From NCBI GenBank assembly GCA_049679185.1, contig JBAUFO010000083.1:25958-89957 (forward strand): DNA of 64,000 nt, written 5' to 3'. Below the pieces are notes generated by a model. It worked only from the letters and a program-made list of their open reading frames with translations, had not been told where the DNA came from and ran no database searches. This document shows, one piece after another, positions 18,316-27,785 of this stretch. Each line of letters starts with the position of its first letter. The first letter of the stretch is position 1. The stretch comes from Candidatus Zixiibacteriota bacterium. Lineage in GTDB: Bacteria; Zixibacteria; MSB-5A5; SM1-73. The position numbers and the translations under genes were made by a program.

Positions 18316-20484
18316 CTACCGCTGATCCCTCAAACTCCTCAGAGTCTCCCTTACCTTTTTGGTTTTACCGGAATCAGCGGAGAATTGCAGAAACTGTTCT
18401 AATATTCGTATGGCGCTTTCCTTTAAGCCCTTTTTATGGTAAATCTCGGCCAAAAGAAGGTAGGCATAATCAGAATCCGGCTTGAGTTTGATCACTTTTT
18501 GATATTCCGCTTCTGCTTCGTCCAGACGATTAAGTGCAAAGCACACGTCTCCCAAGCGTGAATGCGCCTCCACGAAATCCTCCTGTATCTCGATTGCCTT
18601 TCTGAAATACTTGGTCGCCTTCTCGTACTCCCTTCGGAGAGCGTATATTTTCCCCAAATCGGTAAACACCATGGGATCTTTCACATCCAACTTCAGGACC
18701 TTTTCATAATGCCTGATCGCGTTTTTCCATTTTCCTCCAGACGCATAAATCTTTGCCAAATCAGTGTGCGCTTTTACATATTCGGGCTTCAGCCTAATGG
18801 TCTCTTGGTATTCTTGCTCGGCTAAGTCCAAAACACCCTGCCGGTAATACGTCCTCGCCAAGAAGAAATGCACGTCTGGAAAGAGAGGGTCTTGTTGAAT
18901 GGCTTTTTGAAAAGCTCTCAGTGCGTCAGCAAGTCTTCCCCGGTTATAGTATTCTATCCCCTCCTCCAAAAGGACAACCTCCGGATATATTTCTCTTTGT
19001 TTCTGGTTTTCTTTCTCCGCCTCCTGGATCATCCCTTTTTCGGTCAAGTATCGAGCTAGGAAGAAGTGGCCGGAGCGGCTCCTCTTGGGGTCCAAATCCA
19101 TCACGTCTCGAAATCTCTGAATGGATTTGCCCTCGGAAACATTCAAAGCCACCCAGGGAAGAGTTGAGAAAAAGGAGACTGCCACCATAATTGTGGCAAC
19201 GTATTTGAAGGCGGCGAGACCTCGGTTCAGCTTTAGGAAGAGTAGCAGAGCCAGTATGGTGTATCCCAGTGACAATGTAGAAAAAAGATCCCAATCACGA
19301 GGGGCTGCCAAGGCAGGGTCGATTACGAAGTGAAAAAAGAGCTGGAATCCGGTTACCAGAAGAAGAAAGCGAACAGCAGGGTTCTTGAAGTAGGACTTCC
19401 TCCCGACGGTCGCAAGGACAGCAAGAACCAAAGCGAGACCCACCGGCGAAAGCAATAGATGCTGATTTAAGAGGTCCAGTAGGTGAGCCCAGGAGAAAGA
19501 AGTGTACCCGGGGGCAAATCTATGTTCGACGGGCAACACAAAGATACGAATCAATCCGGGCTTGCTCTCAAACACGTGGAACAAAAACAGAATCCCCGCA
19601 AGCAATAGAGCCAGCTCCAACCCCCAGATCACCTTCCTGTTTACTCGGCTCCTTTTCTTCAGCAGGAGCAGGTAAGCCAGTGAAGGCAGAAGATAAAAGC
19701 TGGCGAAGTGAAAAGCCACCGCTATCACGAACGGCAAGAGGACCAGAAAGAGGCTCCCCCCTTCCTCAATCCATTTTAGGGATAGGACCAGGTAGGCGAA
19801 AACGGAGAGATAGGCAAAAGAATAGTGCTCCGCGGACCCAAAGTAGAGCTGAACGCTTCCCATAGTCAACAGAATGGAAAATACAAAGACCTTCTCGAAC
19901 AGATCCTTTCCCAGGTACTCTGAAAACCAAAACACGAAGAAGACAAAGATCCCTCCCGCCGCTACGCTCAGAAGTTGGTATGTTAATTGAGCGTCGGCCG
20001 AGAAAAGGAGATTAAGGAACTTGTGTGTGTTGATATGAAGCGTGACCTCGAGAAATTCGCTCCACGCCCGGATTACCCCGCCCTTATTTAGAGCTGAAAC
20101 CAGGCCGAGTCCATCCCCCCAAAAATACGTTCTGGATCTCAATACCCAAAATAAACCCACAGCCAGGAGACTGAACCCTGCATACCAGACGTACAGTTTG
20201 TTCCCCGAGATCCGTTCGTAAAGAGATGCCAGAGGCTTTCTTGCCATCATCCTCATGCCCCGATTAACCCGGGGGACGAATACCGAAAGAGACAGGACCG
20301 TTAAGACTATCTTGATTGGCAGAGGAAAGTAAGCCAGATGATTGATCCCCCAAACGCGATGATGCGGAAAGAAGCTGGTCAGCAGGTGAGCCAACAGGAT
20401 CACACCACAAATGGTAGCAGCAATCGTCAACGCTGGTGAGGAAACGAGAGAGGTTTCACGCAGAGTTTTCGTTTTTTTCTTCAT
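18316..20484 (-). CDS. polytopic membrane protein (~11 TM) with C-terminal TPR repeats; paralog 1 of a four-member family (GT-C/TMTC-like suspected)
   Basis: 722 aa. N-terminal ~450 aa of hydrophobic helices with conserved motifs RVWGINHLAY, WGDG and PRDWDLFS shared with the 34.7-41.0 kb array; C-terminal ~250 aa of TPR repeats. Confidence 0.8.
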   Translation of the reverse strand: MKKKTKTLRETSLVSSPALTIAATICGVILLAHLLTSFFPHHRVWGINHLAYFPLPIKIVLTVLSLSVFVPRVNRGMRMMARKPLASLYERISGNKLYVWYAGFSLLAVGLFWVLRSRTYFWGDGLGLVSALNKGGVIRAWSEFLEVTLHINTHKFLNLLFSADAQLTYQLLSVAAGGIFVFFVFWFSEYLGKDLFEKVFVFSILLTMGSVQLYFGSAEHYSFAYLSVFAYLVLSLKWIEEGGSLFLVLLPFVIAVAFHFASFYLLPSLAYLLLLKKRSRVNRKVIWGLELALLLAGILFLFHVFESKPGLIRIFVLPVEHRFAPGYTSFSWAHLLDLLNQHLLLSPVGLALVLAVLATVGRKSYFKNPAVRFLLLVTGFQLFFHFVIDPALAAPRDWDLFSTLSLGYTILALLLFLKLNRGLAAFKYVATIMVAVSFFSTLPWVALNVSEGKSIQRFRDVMDLDPKRSRSGHFFLARYLTEKGMIQEAEKENQKQREIYPEVVLLEEGIEYYNRGRLADALRAFQKAIQQDPLFPDVHFFLARTYYRQGVLDLAEQEYQETIRLKPEYVKAHTDLAKIYASGGKWKNAIRHYEKVLKLDVKDPMVFTDLGKIYALRREYEKATKYFRKAIEIQEDFVEAHSRLGDVCFALNRLDEAEAEYQKVIKLKPDSDYAYLLLAEIYHKKGLKESAIRILEQFLQFSADSGKTKKVRETLRSLRDQR

Positions 20485-20983
20485 CGTTCTGGAAAACTGC
20501 GTCAGAGAAGAGAAAGACCGGATATGTTAATGGCTTGAGTCCGTCCCGGCAAACACTCTGCTGGAGTTTTGCTCCCTGGACCAAGAATCAAGATATGAGC
20601 GTATGGTAGAGTGTCAAGTGAAATTCCGCAGGGACCTTAAGAAGACCGGAGGGAGGATGGTGTCGCTTGAGCGTAACGGCTCCAGCAGTTCGTGTTGATG
20701 CTTCTAACAAACGCCCAACTTCTCTCTGTTGGGTTCCTCGATTAGCACAAGGAGCGAAGCATTACTAAATCTGTCGTCCATTGAGAGAATCTGCAAACCC
20801 GGCTGACGGACTGATCTGAGAGGGCTTCGAGATTCTGGCCTTCTTCATCGCATCGCGTGACCTCTGGTTGTGCCATTCTCGCACGGATTATTCCCCGAAA
20901 TGACCAAGAATCCTAAGGCGAAGGCCAACCTGGGAACTGTTGCAGGCTATGTGCTCACAAATTTGATTTTTTTCAAAATAATC

Positions 20984-21012
20984 TTGACAAGTTTAGTAAA
21001 CATTGTTATTTT
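20984..21012 (+). promoter_or_regulatory. sigma70 promoter of iscR (TTGACA, 17 nt, TATTTT) with an overlapping AT-rich palindrome (possible Rrf2 auto-operator)
   Basis: TTGACA at 20984-20989, TATTTT at 21007-21012, start codon ~25 nt downstream; TTTGATTTTTTTCAAA palindrome just upstream. Confidence 0.6.
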
Positions 21013-21037
21013 TGTAGCGTAGTACTGTAAGAGGTGA

Positions 21038-21499
21038 ATGATGAACATCTCCACACGAGGAAGATACGGGTTGAGGGCGCTCTTGGAGATCGCGGCCCAG
21101 CAGGATGAAGAACCGGTGACCATAAGAGACATCTGCCAAAGGCAGCAGATGTCAGTCACCTATCTGGAGCAGATACTTCACAAGCTCAAAAAAGCCGGGA
21201 TCGTGAAGAGCATCAGGGGCGCCAGGGGCGGATACCTGTTGGCCAGAAAGGAAGACAAGATAACGGTGAGCCAGATCATCAACGCTCTGGATGGCCCCAT
21301 TTCGATTTCATACTGCGATTACCCTCAGATGCGGGAGAAAAGCTGCGTCGGGCCTTCGGCCTGCGTTTCCCGGACCCTGTGGAAGAAGCTGGAGGACTTA
21401 ATCGAAGACGCCCTGTCCAGTGTCACGCTGGCCGACATGAAGCAACAGGTTCCGGATTTGAAAAGTTCGAAGATTTCCACTAGACGGAGGAGGAGATGA
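21038..21499 (+). CDS. iscR: Rrf2-family transcriptional regulator, IscR-like
   Basis: N-terminal wHTH typical of Rrf2 (STRGRYGLRALLEIA) and a three-Cys cluster CDYPQMREKSCVGPSAC for Fe-S ligation. Immediately upstream of iscS-iscU. Confidence 0.85.
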   Translation: MMNISTRGRYGLRALLEIAAQQDEEPVTIRDICQRQQMSVTYLEQILHKLKKAGIVKSIRGARGGYLLARKEDKITVSQIINALDGPISISYCDYPQMREKSCVGPSACVSRTLWKKLEDLIEDALSSVTLADMKQQVPDLKSSKISTRRRRR

Positions 21500-22677
21500 G
21501 GAAGGTTTATCTGGACCACAGCGCCACCACACCTATGCGTACTGAGGTTCTGGAGGCAATGCTGCCATATCTCAAAGATAAATTCGGCAACGCTTCCAGC
21601 ATTCACGGCTTCGGCCGGGAAGCCAAGGTAGCAGTTGAAGAGGCGAGGGAAACAGTGGCACAGATCGTCAATGCCGCGTCCAGCGAGGTCTTCTTTACCA
21701 GCGGCGGGACGGAATCCGATAACTTAGCCATCAAGGGAACCGCCTTTGCCAACAGGAAAAAAGGTAAGCACATCATCACCTCCCAGATCGAACATCACGC
21801 CGTCTTAGAGAGCTGCAAATTCTTAGAGAAGGAGGGATTTGAAGTTACCTATCTGCCGGTCGATTCTCAGGGTTTGGTCGATCCGGACGATTTTAAGAAG
21901 GCTATCCGGGATGACACCACCTTGGTCTCCATCATGCATGTCAACAATGAAGTCGGGACGATTCAGCCGATCGAAGAACTGTCCAAAATCGCCGGGGAGA
22001 AGGAAGCATATTTTCACACCGATGCGGTTCAGAGCGTGGGGAAGATCCGAGTAGACGTGCAAACCTCGAATGTGGACATGCTTTCAATGTCCGGTCACAA
22101 GATATATGGTCCCAAAGGCGTAGGAGCTCTTTACGTGAGGAAGGGAGTTCGAATCACACCCTGGACCCATGGGGGGCATCATGAGCGCTCCAGAAGGGCC
22201 GGGACCGAGAACGTTCCCGGAATCGTCGGGTTTGCCAGGGCGTTGGAGTTGATGAATCAGGAGTTGGAGGATAGGCGCGAACAGATGAAGAACCTCACCG
22301 AGACGTTTTACCGGAGGCTGGCGCAGTCTATTCCAGATGTGGTTTTGCACGGAGACTCGACCAAACGCATCCCGAACATCCTGAGTTTGTCCTTCAAGGG
22401 GGTCGAAGGGGAATCTGTGATCCTGAGTCTTGACATGAAGGGCGTGGCGGTGGCATCAGGGTCCGCCTGCACCTCCGGAACGTTAGAACCATCTCACGTT
22501 CTTTCCGCCATGGGGGTCCCTCCGGAGGTCGCTCAGGGAGCGGTTCGATTCAGCTTCGGACGGGACAACACCATGGAGGACGTGGAGTACGTGTTGAGCC
22601 TGCTGCCAGAGATCGTGCAAAGGCTGAGATCCATCTCCCCTCTGTACACTCAGAAGCAACAAAGGCAAAGTAATTAA
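21496..22677 (+). CDS. iscS: cysteine desulfurase
   Basis: 393 aa. MRKVYLDHSATTP..., SGHKIYGPKGVGALYV (PLP-Lys), SGSACTSG (catalytic Cys loop). Confidence 0.95.
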   Translation: MRKVYLDHSATTPMRTEVLEAMLPYLKDKFGNASSIHGFGREAKVAVEEARETVAQIVNAASSEVFFTSGGTESDNLAIKGTAFANRKKGKHIITSQIEHHAVLESCKFLEKEGFEVTYLPVDSQGLVDPDDFKKAIRDDTTLVSIMHVNNEVGTIQPIEELSKIAGEKEAYFHTDAVQSVGKIRVDVQTSNVDMLSMSGHKIYGPKGVGALYVRKGVRITPWTHGGHHERSRRAGTENVPGIVGFARALELMNQELEDRREQMKNLTETFYRRLAQSIPDVVLHGDSTKRIPNILSLSFKGVEGESVILSLDMKGVAVASGSACTSGTLEPSHVLSAMGVPPEVAQGAVRFSFGRDNTMEDVEYVLSLLPEIVQRLRSISPLYTQKQQRQSN

Positions 22678-22713
22678 CCAGCACAAGCTATATCGAGAAG
22701 CTCAGGAGAGAGA

Positions 22714-23100
22714 ATGTACAGTGAAAAGGTAATGGAGCATTTCCAGAATCCCCGCAACGTGGGTGAAATCAAAGATGCAGACGGGGTGGGAGAGATTGGG
22801 AATCCGGTCTGCGGGGATATAATGAAGCTTTACATCAAGGTTAACGGCAATCGAATCACCGAGGCTAAATTCAAGACCTTCGGCTGCGGCGCAGCCATAG
22901 CCACCTCCAGCATGGTGACTGAATTGGTCAAGGGCAAGACCCTGGAGGAGGCAGAGAAGATCTCCCGCGACACTGTCGCCCAAGCATTGGACGGCCTGCC
23001 TCCGGTCAAGATGCACTGCTCCAACCTGGCTGCAGACGCCTTGCACAAGGCGATTGAGGATTACAGGGGGAAGACGAAGACCAAAAAGCCTACTTCGTGA
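22714..23100 (+). CDS. iscU: Fe-S cluster assembly scaffold
   Basis: YSEKVMEHFQNPRNVG ... GNPVCGD ... FKTFGCGAAIA ... MHCSNLA, the three conserved Cys of IscU/NifU. Confidence 0.95.
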   Translation: MYSEKVMEHFQNPRNVGEIKDADGVGEIGNPVCGDIMKLYIKVNGNRITEAKFKTFGCGAAIATSSMVTELVKGKTLEEAEKISRDTVAQALDGLPPVKMHCSNLAADALHKAIEDYRGKTKTKKPTS

Positions 23101-23120
23101 GTTTCCATCCGGAGACCTGA

Positions 23121-23897
23121 TTGAACTCAAGGCGCAAGCGAAAGCGAAGCTCGAAGCGAGCCGAGAAGGACCCCAAGACGCAGACATCGTTAGAAGCATT
23201 CAGAACGTTTCTGGGGAATAAGGGTTCAGACATAATACTCAGGCACACACGGCGGCTTTTCCGCACTTTGCCGAAGCGAAAGACAGCCGGAGGCTTCAAG
23301 TCATTTTTCCTATCTGCGGGCGACAAGATCAAGAAGGGGGCTAGCGCCCAAGAGAAGTTTTTAGTCGAACTTTTTCTCAGGTTTTCAGAGATAGACTCCT
23401 CATTGGAGACCCTAAAAGCTTTGCCTGTGTATCTTAAACACTTCCCCAACACGAAACGATTTGTGAAGGCCGGAATAACTGAACGAATGCATATGGTCTA
23501 CCAAATCGAGCACTACCTCCAGGAAGTCTACCTGCTTAAGTGCAGGATGAGACGTTTCCTGGTATTCCTGGGGAGAGAGCTGCGAAAGCGTGGACAACCG
23601 AGAGTGTACGAAAGCTTAGTACAATCGCTACAGCTTTTTGAGGATCGACTCGAGGGCATTCTTCTGGCCAGGGGAGCTCATGTCCACCAGAGGAGATACA
23701 CGGACCCAAGTCTTTATACCTTGTCTCTGTTCGATCTTGTCAAAGCGAATCATCAGGACGTTCAAGTTGGGTATGAACTCTTGCTGTTCGCTGAGAAGGC
23801 AAGGTGGTTGAAATGGATGCAGGAAACTAACCAGTTAATAGTGTGTATGGTCGATACTATCTTCAGCGCAGTCAATGAATATGTCCTTGAGGAATGA
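23121..23897 (+). CDS. hypothetical protein (no recognisable domain), inserted between iscU and mnmA
   Basis: 258-aa ORF starting at TTG 23121 (GGAG 7 nt upstream), basic N-terminus, overlaps the mnmA start by 23 nt. Start site uncertain; longest ORF in any frame here. Confidence 0.5.
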   Translation: MNSRRKRKRSSKRAEKDPKTQTSLEAFRTFLGNKGSDIILRHTRRLFRTLPKRKTAGGFKSFFLSAGDKIKKGASAQEKFLVELFLRFSEIDSSLETLKALPVYLKHFPNTKRFVKAGITERMHMVYQIEHYLQEVYLLKCRMRRFLVFLGRELRKRGQPRVYESLVQSLQLFEDRLEGILLARGAHVHQRRYTDPSLYTLSLFDLVKANHQDVQVGYELLLFAEKARWLKWMQETNQLIVCMVDTIFSAVNEYVLEE

Positions 23898-25011
23898 CGA
23901 GCAAATAGTGGTGGTGGCGATGAGCGGAGGGGTGGACAGTTCGCTGGCCGCTTTCCTGCTACACCAGAAAGGCTACCAGGTGGTGGGAATCTCCATGAAA
24001 CTATGGGATTTCAAGGAGGTGGGCGGGGACGATCACCCGGATGGAAGGTGCTGCTCTTTGGAATCTCTGAATGATGCGCGTGCAGTTTGCCACACGATAG
24101 GAATTCCCCACTACGTGGTCGACATCAGGGATGATTTCAGAGACGAAGTCATCTCGGACTTCGTGGAAGAGTACATGCAGGGAAGAACACCCAACCCCTG
24201 CATAATTTGCAACACCAGGATTAAATGGCAGAGCCTATGGAGAAAAGCCGACTCGTTGGGAGCAGATTTCCTCTCCACCGGGCATTACGCCCGGATACGA
24301 TACGATAAGGCGGCCAGGAGATTTCTGCTGCTCAAGGGGGTCGATTCGAGCCGCGACCAGTCCTACGCCCTGTGGGGGCTCTCCCAGGAAGATCTGAAGA
24401 GGACCCTGTTTCCTCTGGGGGATATGACTAAGAAAGAGGTCAGAACCCAGGCAAGAAAACACAACCTGAAAGTCGCCGAAAGGGAGGAGAGCCAGGAGAT
24501 CTGTTTTGTGACGGACGATGATTACCCCAGGTTCATAAAGGAGTGGAAAAAAGAGGAAGGTTCATCTCCCGACAAAGAAATCACGCCGGGTCCAATTCTC
24601 AGCCTGAAAGGTGAAAAGCTGGGGGAACACAAGGGGATACCTTTCTATACCATAGGACAGAGAAAGGGACTGGGAATCGCCAGGGGAAGGCCCCGGTATG
24701 TGGTGCGGATCGAGCCGGAGGAAAACGCCATATATGTGGGAGAAAATGAGGAACTTCTCCGGTCGTCGTTTGTAGTCCAGGATGTAAACTGGATCGCCTT
24801 CGGCAGCTTGAAGAAAGAAACCGAATGCGAAATAAAGATCAGATATCAACACGTCCCGCAGAAAGGAACGATTTACCCATTGACGGAAGCCCGGGTTATG
24901 GTTAAATTCAATCGACCGGAACGTGCCATCACACCGGGACAGTCTGCGGTGTTTTATCAGGATGAGGTGGTTTTGGGTGGGGGCGTGATTGGGAGAGCTG
25001 TCAACGGATAA
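23875..25011 (+). CDS. mnmA: tRNA-specific 2-thiouridylase
   Basis: VVVAMSGGVDSSLAA (PP-loop) ... NPCIICN ... RDQSYAL ... canonical MnmA. Confidence 0.95.
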   Translation: MNMSLRNDEQIVVVAMSGGVDSSLAAFLLHQKGYQVVGISMKLWDFKEVGGDDHPDGRCCSLESLNDARAVCHTIGIPHYVVDIRDDFRDEVISDFVEEYMQGRTPNPCIICNTRIKWQSLWRKADSLGADFLSTGHYARIRYDKAARRFLLLKGVDSSRDQSYALWGLSQEDLKRTLFPLGDMTKKEVRTQARKHNLKVAEREESQEICFVTDDDYPRFIKEWKKEEGSSPDKEITPGPILSLKGEKLGEHKGIPFYTIGQRKGLGIARGRPRYVVRIEPEENAIYVGENEELLRSSFVVQDVNWIAFGSLKKETECEIKIRYQHVPQKGTIYPLTEARVMVKFNRPERAITPGQSAVFYQDEVVLGGGVIGRAVNG

Positions 25012-25206
25012 AACGGTCAACGGATTGAACGGTTCGTACAGGTCTGAGCGATTTTGCCGCGGTCTGTGGACGGTCGACTGTGGACTTAACCAGATCGGTC
25101 AACTGATTGAACGGATTAAACGGATCATACACGTCTGAGCGATTTTGCGGCGGTCCGCGCACGGTCGACTGCGGACTTAACCAGATCGGTCAACGGATTG
25201 AGAGGA
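25012..25206. repeat. tandem direct repeat, 2 x ~91 bp (about 88% identical), each unit containing GTCGAC and GTCAACGGATT motifs
   Basis: Units ...GTCTGAGCGATTTTGC(C/G)GCGGTC...CGGTCGACTG(T/C)GGACTTAACCAGATCGGTCAAC(T/G)GATTGA... at about 25027-25116 and 25117-25206. Partial GTCAACGG copies flank it and recur at 29590-29660. Confidence 0.85.
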
Positions 25207-25275
25207 TAGTAGGTTAAAGCGCGGGCTGGTTGATGGAGAAAACCGAAGCCGGCTTCGCTGCGAAGAGGGGAGACC

Positions 25276-27714
25276 ATGAAATCAAGAAAAGGATTTAAGA
25301 TACTGATCGGCATTGTTGCGGGGGTGATCCTCCTGCTGATTGTGGCTTCTTTCGCGGTGAAGATCATCTTCACCAAGGAGAAGCTGATGTCCATGCTGGT
25401 TCCGAAGATTGAACAGGCGCTCAAAAGACAGGTGAAAATCGACGACGTCACCGTCTCCATCTGGGGAGGCCTGGGCGCGGACGTCAAGGGAATGAGAGTT
25501 CTGAATCCTCCCGGCTTTGTCCACGAGGAGCTCTTCAAGTTCGATCAACTGTCTATCAGAGTGAACTTCTGGCCCCTGCTGCGCAAGAGAATAGAGATCA
25601 AAAAACTCATCCTGGAGAATCCGGAGATAAATCTGGAAAAAGAGAAAAAAGGCGTCTCCAACTTCGGAGATCTGATCGAGAGCAAAGGCGGAGCGATAGT
25701 CATACCATTCTCCTTTGATCAGCTTCAGATAGGAAATGCCAAAATCGTCTACTTAGATAGCCAGACCGGCAAAGAGATAGTTCTGCATCAGTTTGCCCAC
25801 GACGCCAGGCTCGAGCTGGATGACAAGATGGAGAATGCCAGAATAACCGGTGTGATCAAAGTGGAAACCGTCGAGATGAATTTTCCCGACCGCAAGCAGA
25901 CGTTGCCGCCCCTCAGCTTGTCGGTGGAGCATGACATCAACCTCAATATGCCTGGTGATTTCGTTGAGGTGAATGCGCTCAAGATCGGCATCGCCAAGAT
26001 CATCTTAGAGATGAAGGGGAGACTGGATAAAGTGAGCACAGCCCCGGTTTTGAATCTAACCGTTCAATCAGACGGGATCTCTCTGGAGGATGTACTCGCT
26101 TCCCTGCCCAAGGCAGAGTCCTCGCCTCTTACCCAGCTCAAAACGTCCGGGAATATAGCTCTGTGGGCCTCTCTGAAGGGTGATTTCGGAGAGAAGGCTC
26201 CGGTGCAGATTGAGGGAAAGGTCACCCTGCAGAACGGCAGAGTTGACTTTGCCAAAGCACCTAAACCGCTTGATATACCTTACGGCGAGATAAACTTCAA
26301 TAATCGGAGCTTAAGCTTCTTCTCCTCCGACGCAAGGTTGGGCGAAGCCCCGCTGGAGCTTAAGCTGGTGGTGGAGAATTTCGCTGACCCCAGCCTCACC
26401 TCGCAGTTGAAAACCGACTTAAACCTTGCCATCCTGGGCGAACTGGTCACGCTTCCGGAAAAGACCGATCTGGCGGGCCGGGCAGAGATAAACGTCAAAG
26501 CTTACGGTAAGATCAAACAGTCGGAAAAGATGAGTTTTTCCGGGCGAGTCGATCTTAAAAAAGTGGAGGTGGCCACGCCTGCCCTGGGAGTTCCGGTCAG
26601 AAACCTGGATGGCACCATCTCCTTCAAGGAATCGGACGTCGATATTCCCGGGCTGAGTCTCTCCATGGGCAAGTCGTCTCTGAGCCTCAAGGGTAAGGCC
26701 TACGGGGCCATTCCCTATCTGCTTTCTCCCGAGCGGGGGAAACCTCTCCTCAGCTTCAACTTGGATTCCCCGTTCCTGGATCTGGATGAGATCCTTCCGG
26801 TGTCCAAGGAGGATGAGAAGAAGGGAGAGGCCGCCGCAAAAGGCAGCATCCCTTTACCTGACATAAACGCCAGTGGACAAGTCTCCATTCAGAAGCTGAT
26901 TTTCCGCAAGGTTGAACTCACCAATGTCTCCTCCAAAGTGAACCTGGTCGACGGCGTGCTGACATTCGACAACGCTGCCGCCAAGGTTTACTCTGGCTCG
27001 GTAAACGGTAAGGTGACCAGTGACCTTCGGAACATGGATCAGACGGAGTTCGATATGGATCTGAACGCCAGTCAGATCGAAGCCAACGATTTTCTTTCCA
27101 GGTTCACCGGTTTCGACGACCATCTCTTCGGCAAGCTGAACCTTGAGGCGACCTTCTCCGGTAAAGGGAATCGGCTGGAGGATATCCGCAGAACTCTTTC
27201 CGCGAACGGCAGGGCTAACTTCGCGGAGGGAAAATTGATCGGCTGGGCGCTCTTAGACAGCCTGGCTTCTTTTCTGCAGATTAAGGGTTTGAAGGAGCAG
27301 CAGATCAGAACTCTCAAGAATTCCTTCAGAATCGCAGATGCGCGGGTCTGGTTTGACGATCTCAGCGTCTCAACGAAGGACGGGGATTTTAGCCTGGTCG
27401 GGTCCTTGGGGTTGGACGGCTCGCTGGACTACGCCTTGACCGCCGTACTTTCATCGGAGCTCTCCTTGAGATTCGACGCTCTGGGTGATATTTCGGACTA
27501 TCTCAAGAACGAACAGGGAAGAGCGGTCCTTGACCTTAAAATAGGTGGCACCGCAAAGAAGCCAAAATTCTCCCTTGATACTTCCAGGGCGCAGGAAAGG
27601 TTAAAAGCCCAGCTGAAAGGAAAGGCGGAGGAGAAGAAGGAAGAGATACAAAATCAGTTGAAAGAAAAGGCAACTGATCTGCTTGAAGGCCTGCTCAAGA
27701 AGAAGAAGAAATGA
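25276..27714 (+). CDS. AsmA-family protein (N-terminal membrane anchor, large periplasmic beta-rich domain)
   Basis: 812 aa, N-terminal TM, AsmA-like N-domain, Lys-rich C-terminus. Confidence 0.65.
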   Translation: MKSRKGFKILIGIVAGVILLLIVASFAVKIIFTKEKLMSMLVPKIEQALKRQVKIDDVTVSIWGGLGADVKGMRVLNPPGFVHEELFKFDQLSIRVNFWPLLRKRIEIKKLILENPEINLEKEKKGVSNFGDLIESKGGAIVIPFSFDQLQIGNAKIVYLDSQTGKEIVLHQFAHDARLELDDKMENARITGVIKVETVEMNFPDRKQTLPPLSLSVEHDINLNMPGDFVEVNALKIGIAKIILEMKGRLDKVSTAPVLNLTVQSDGISLEDVLASLPKAESSPLTQLKTSGNIALWASLKGDFGEKAPVQIEGKVTLQNGRVDFAKAPKPLDIPYGEINFNNRSLSFFSSDARLGEAPLELKLVVENFADPSLTSQLKTDLNLAILGELVTLPEKTDLAGRAEINVKAYGKIKQSEKMSFSGRVDLKKVEVATPALGVPVRNLDGTISFKESDVDIPGLSLSMGKSSLSLKGKAYGAIPYLLSPERGKPLLSFNLDSPFLDLDEILPVSKEDEKKGEAAAKGSIPLPDINASGQVSIQKLIFRKVELTNVSSKVNLVDGVLTFDNAAAKVYSGSVNGKVTSDLRNMDQTEFDMDLNASQIEANDFLSRFTGFDDHLFGKLNLEATFSGKGNRLEDIRRTLSANGRANFAEGKLIGWALLDSLASFLQIKGLKEQQIRTLKNSFRIADARVWFDDLSVSTKDGDFSLVGSLGLDGSLDYALTAVLSSELSLRFDALGDISDYLKNEQGRAVLDLKIGGTAKKPKFSLDTSRAQERLKAQLKGKAEEKKEEIQNQLKEKATDLLEGLLKKKKK

Positions 27715-27785
27715 TAGACTGCGTGTGTCCTTTTGAGCATTGGATCCCTCAAACAGACCAGCGGCGCGACCAGTCCAAGAGATGA

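Noticed and set aside
25012-25206. Possible CRISPR array
   Set aside because: Only two ~91-bp units, directly abutting, no unique spacers, no cas genes anywhere in the window. It is a tandem duplication.
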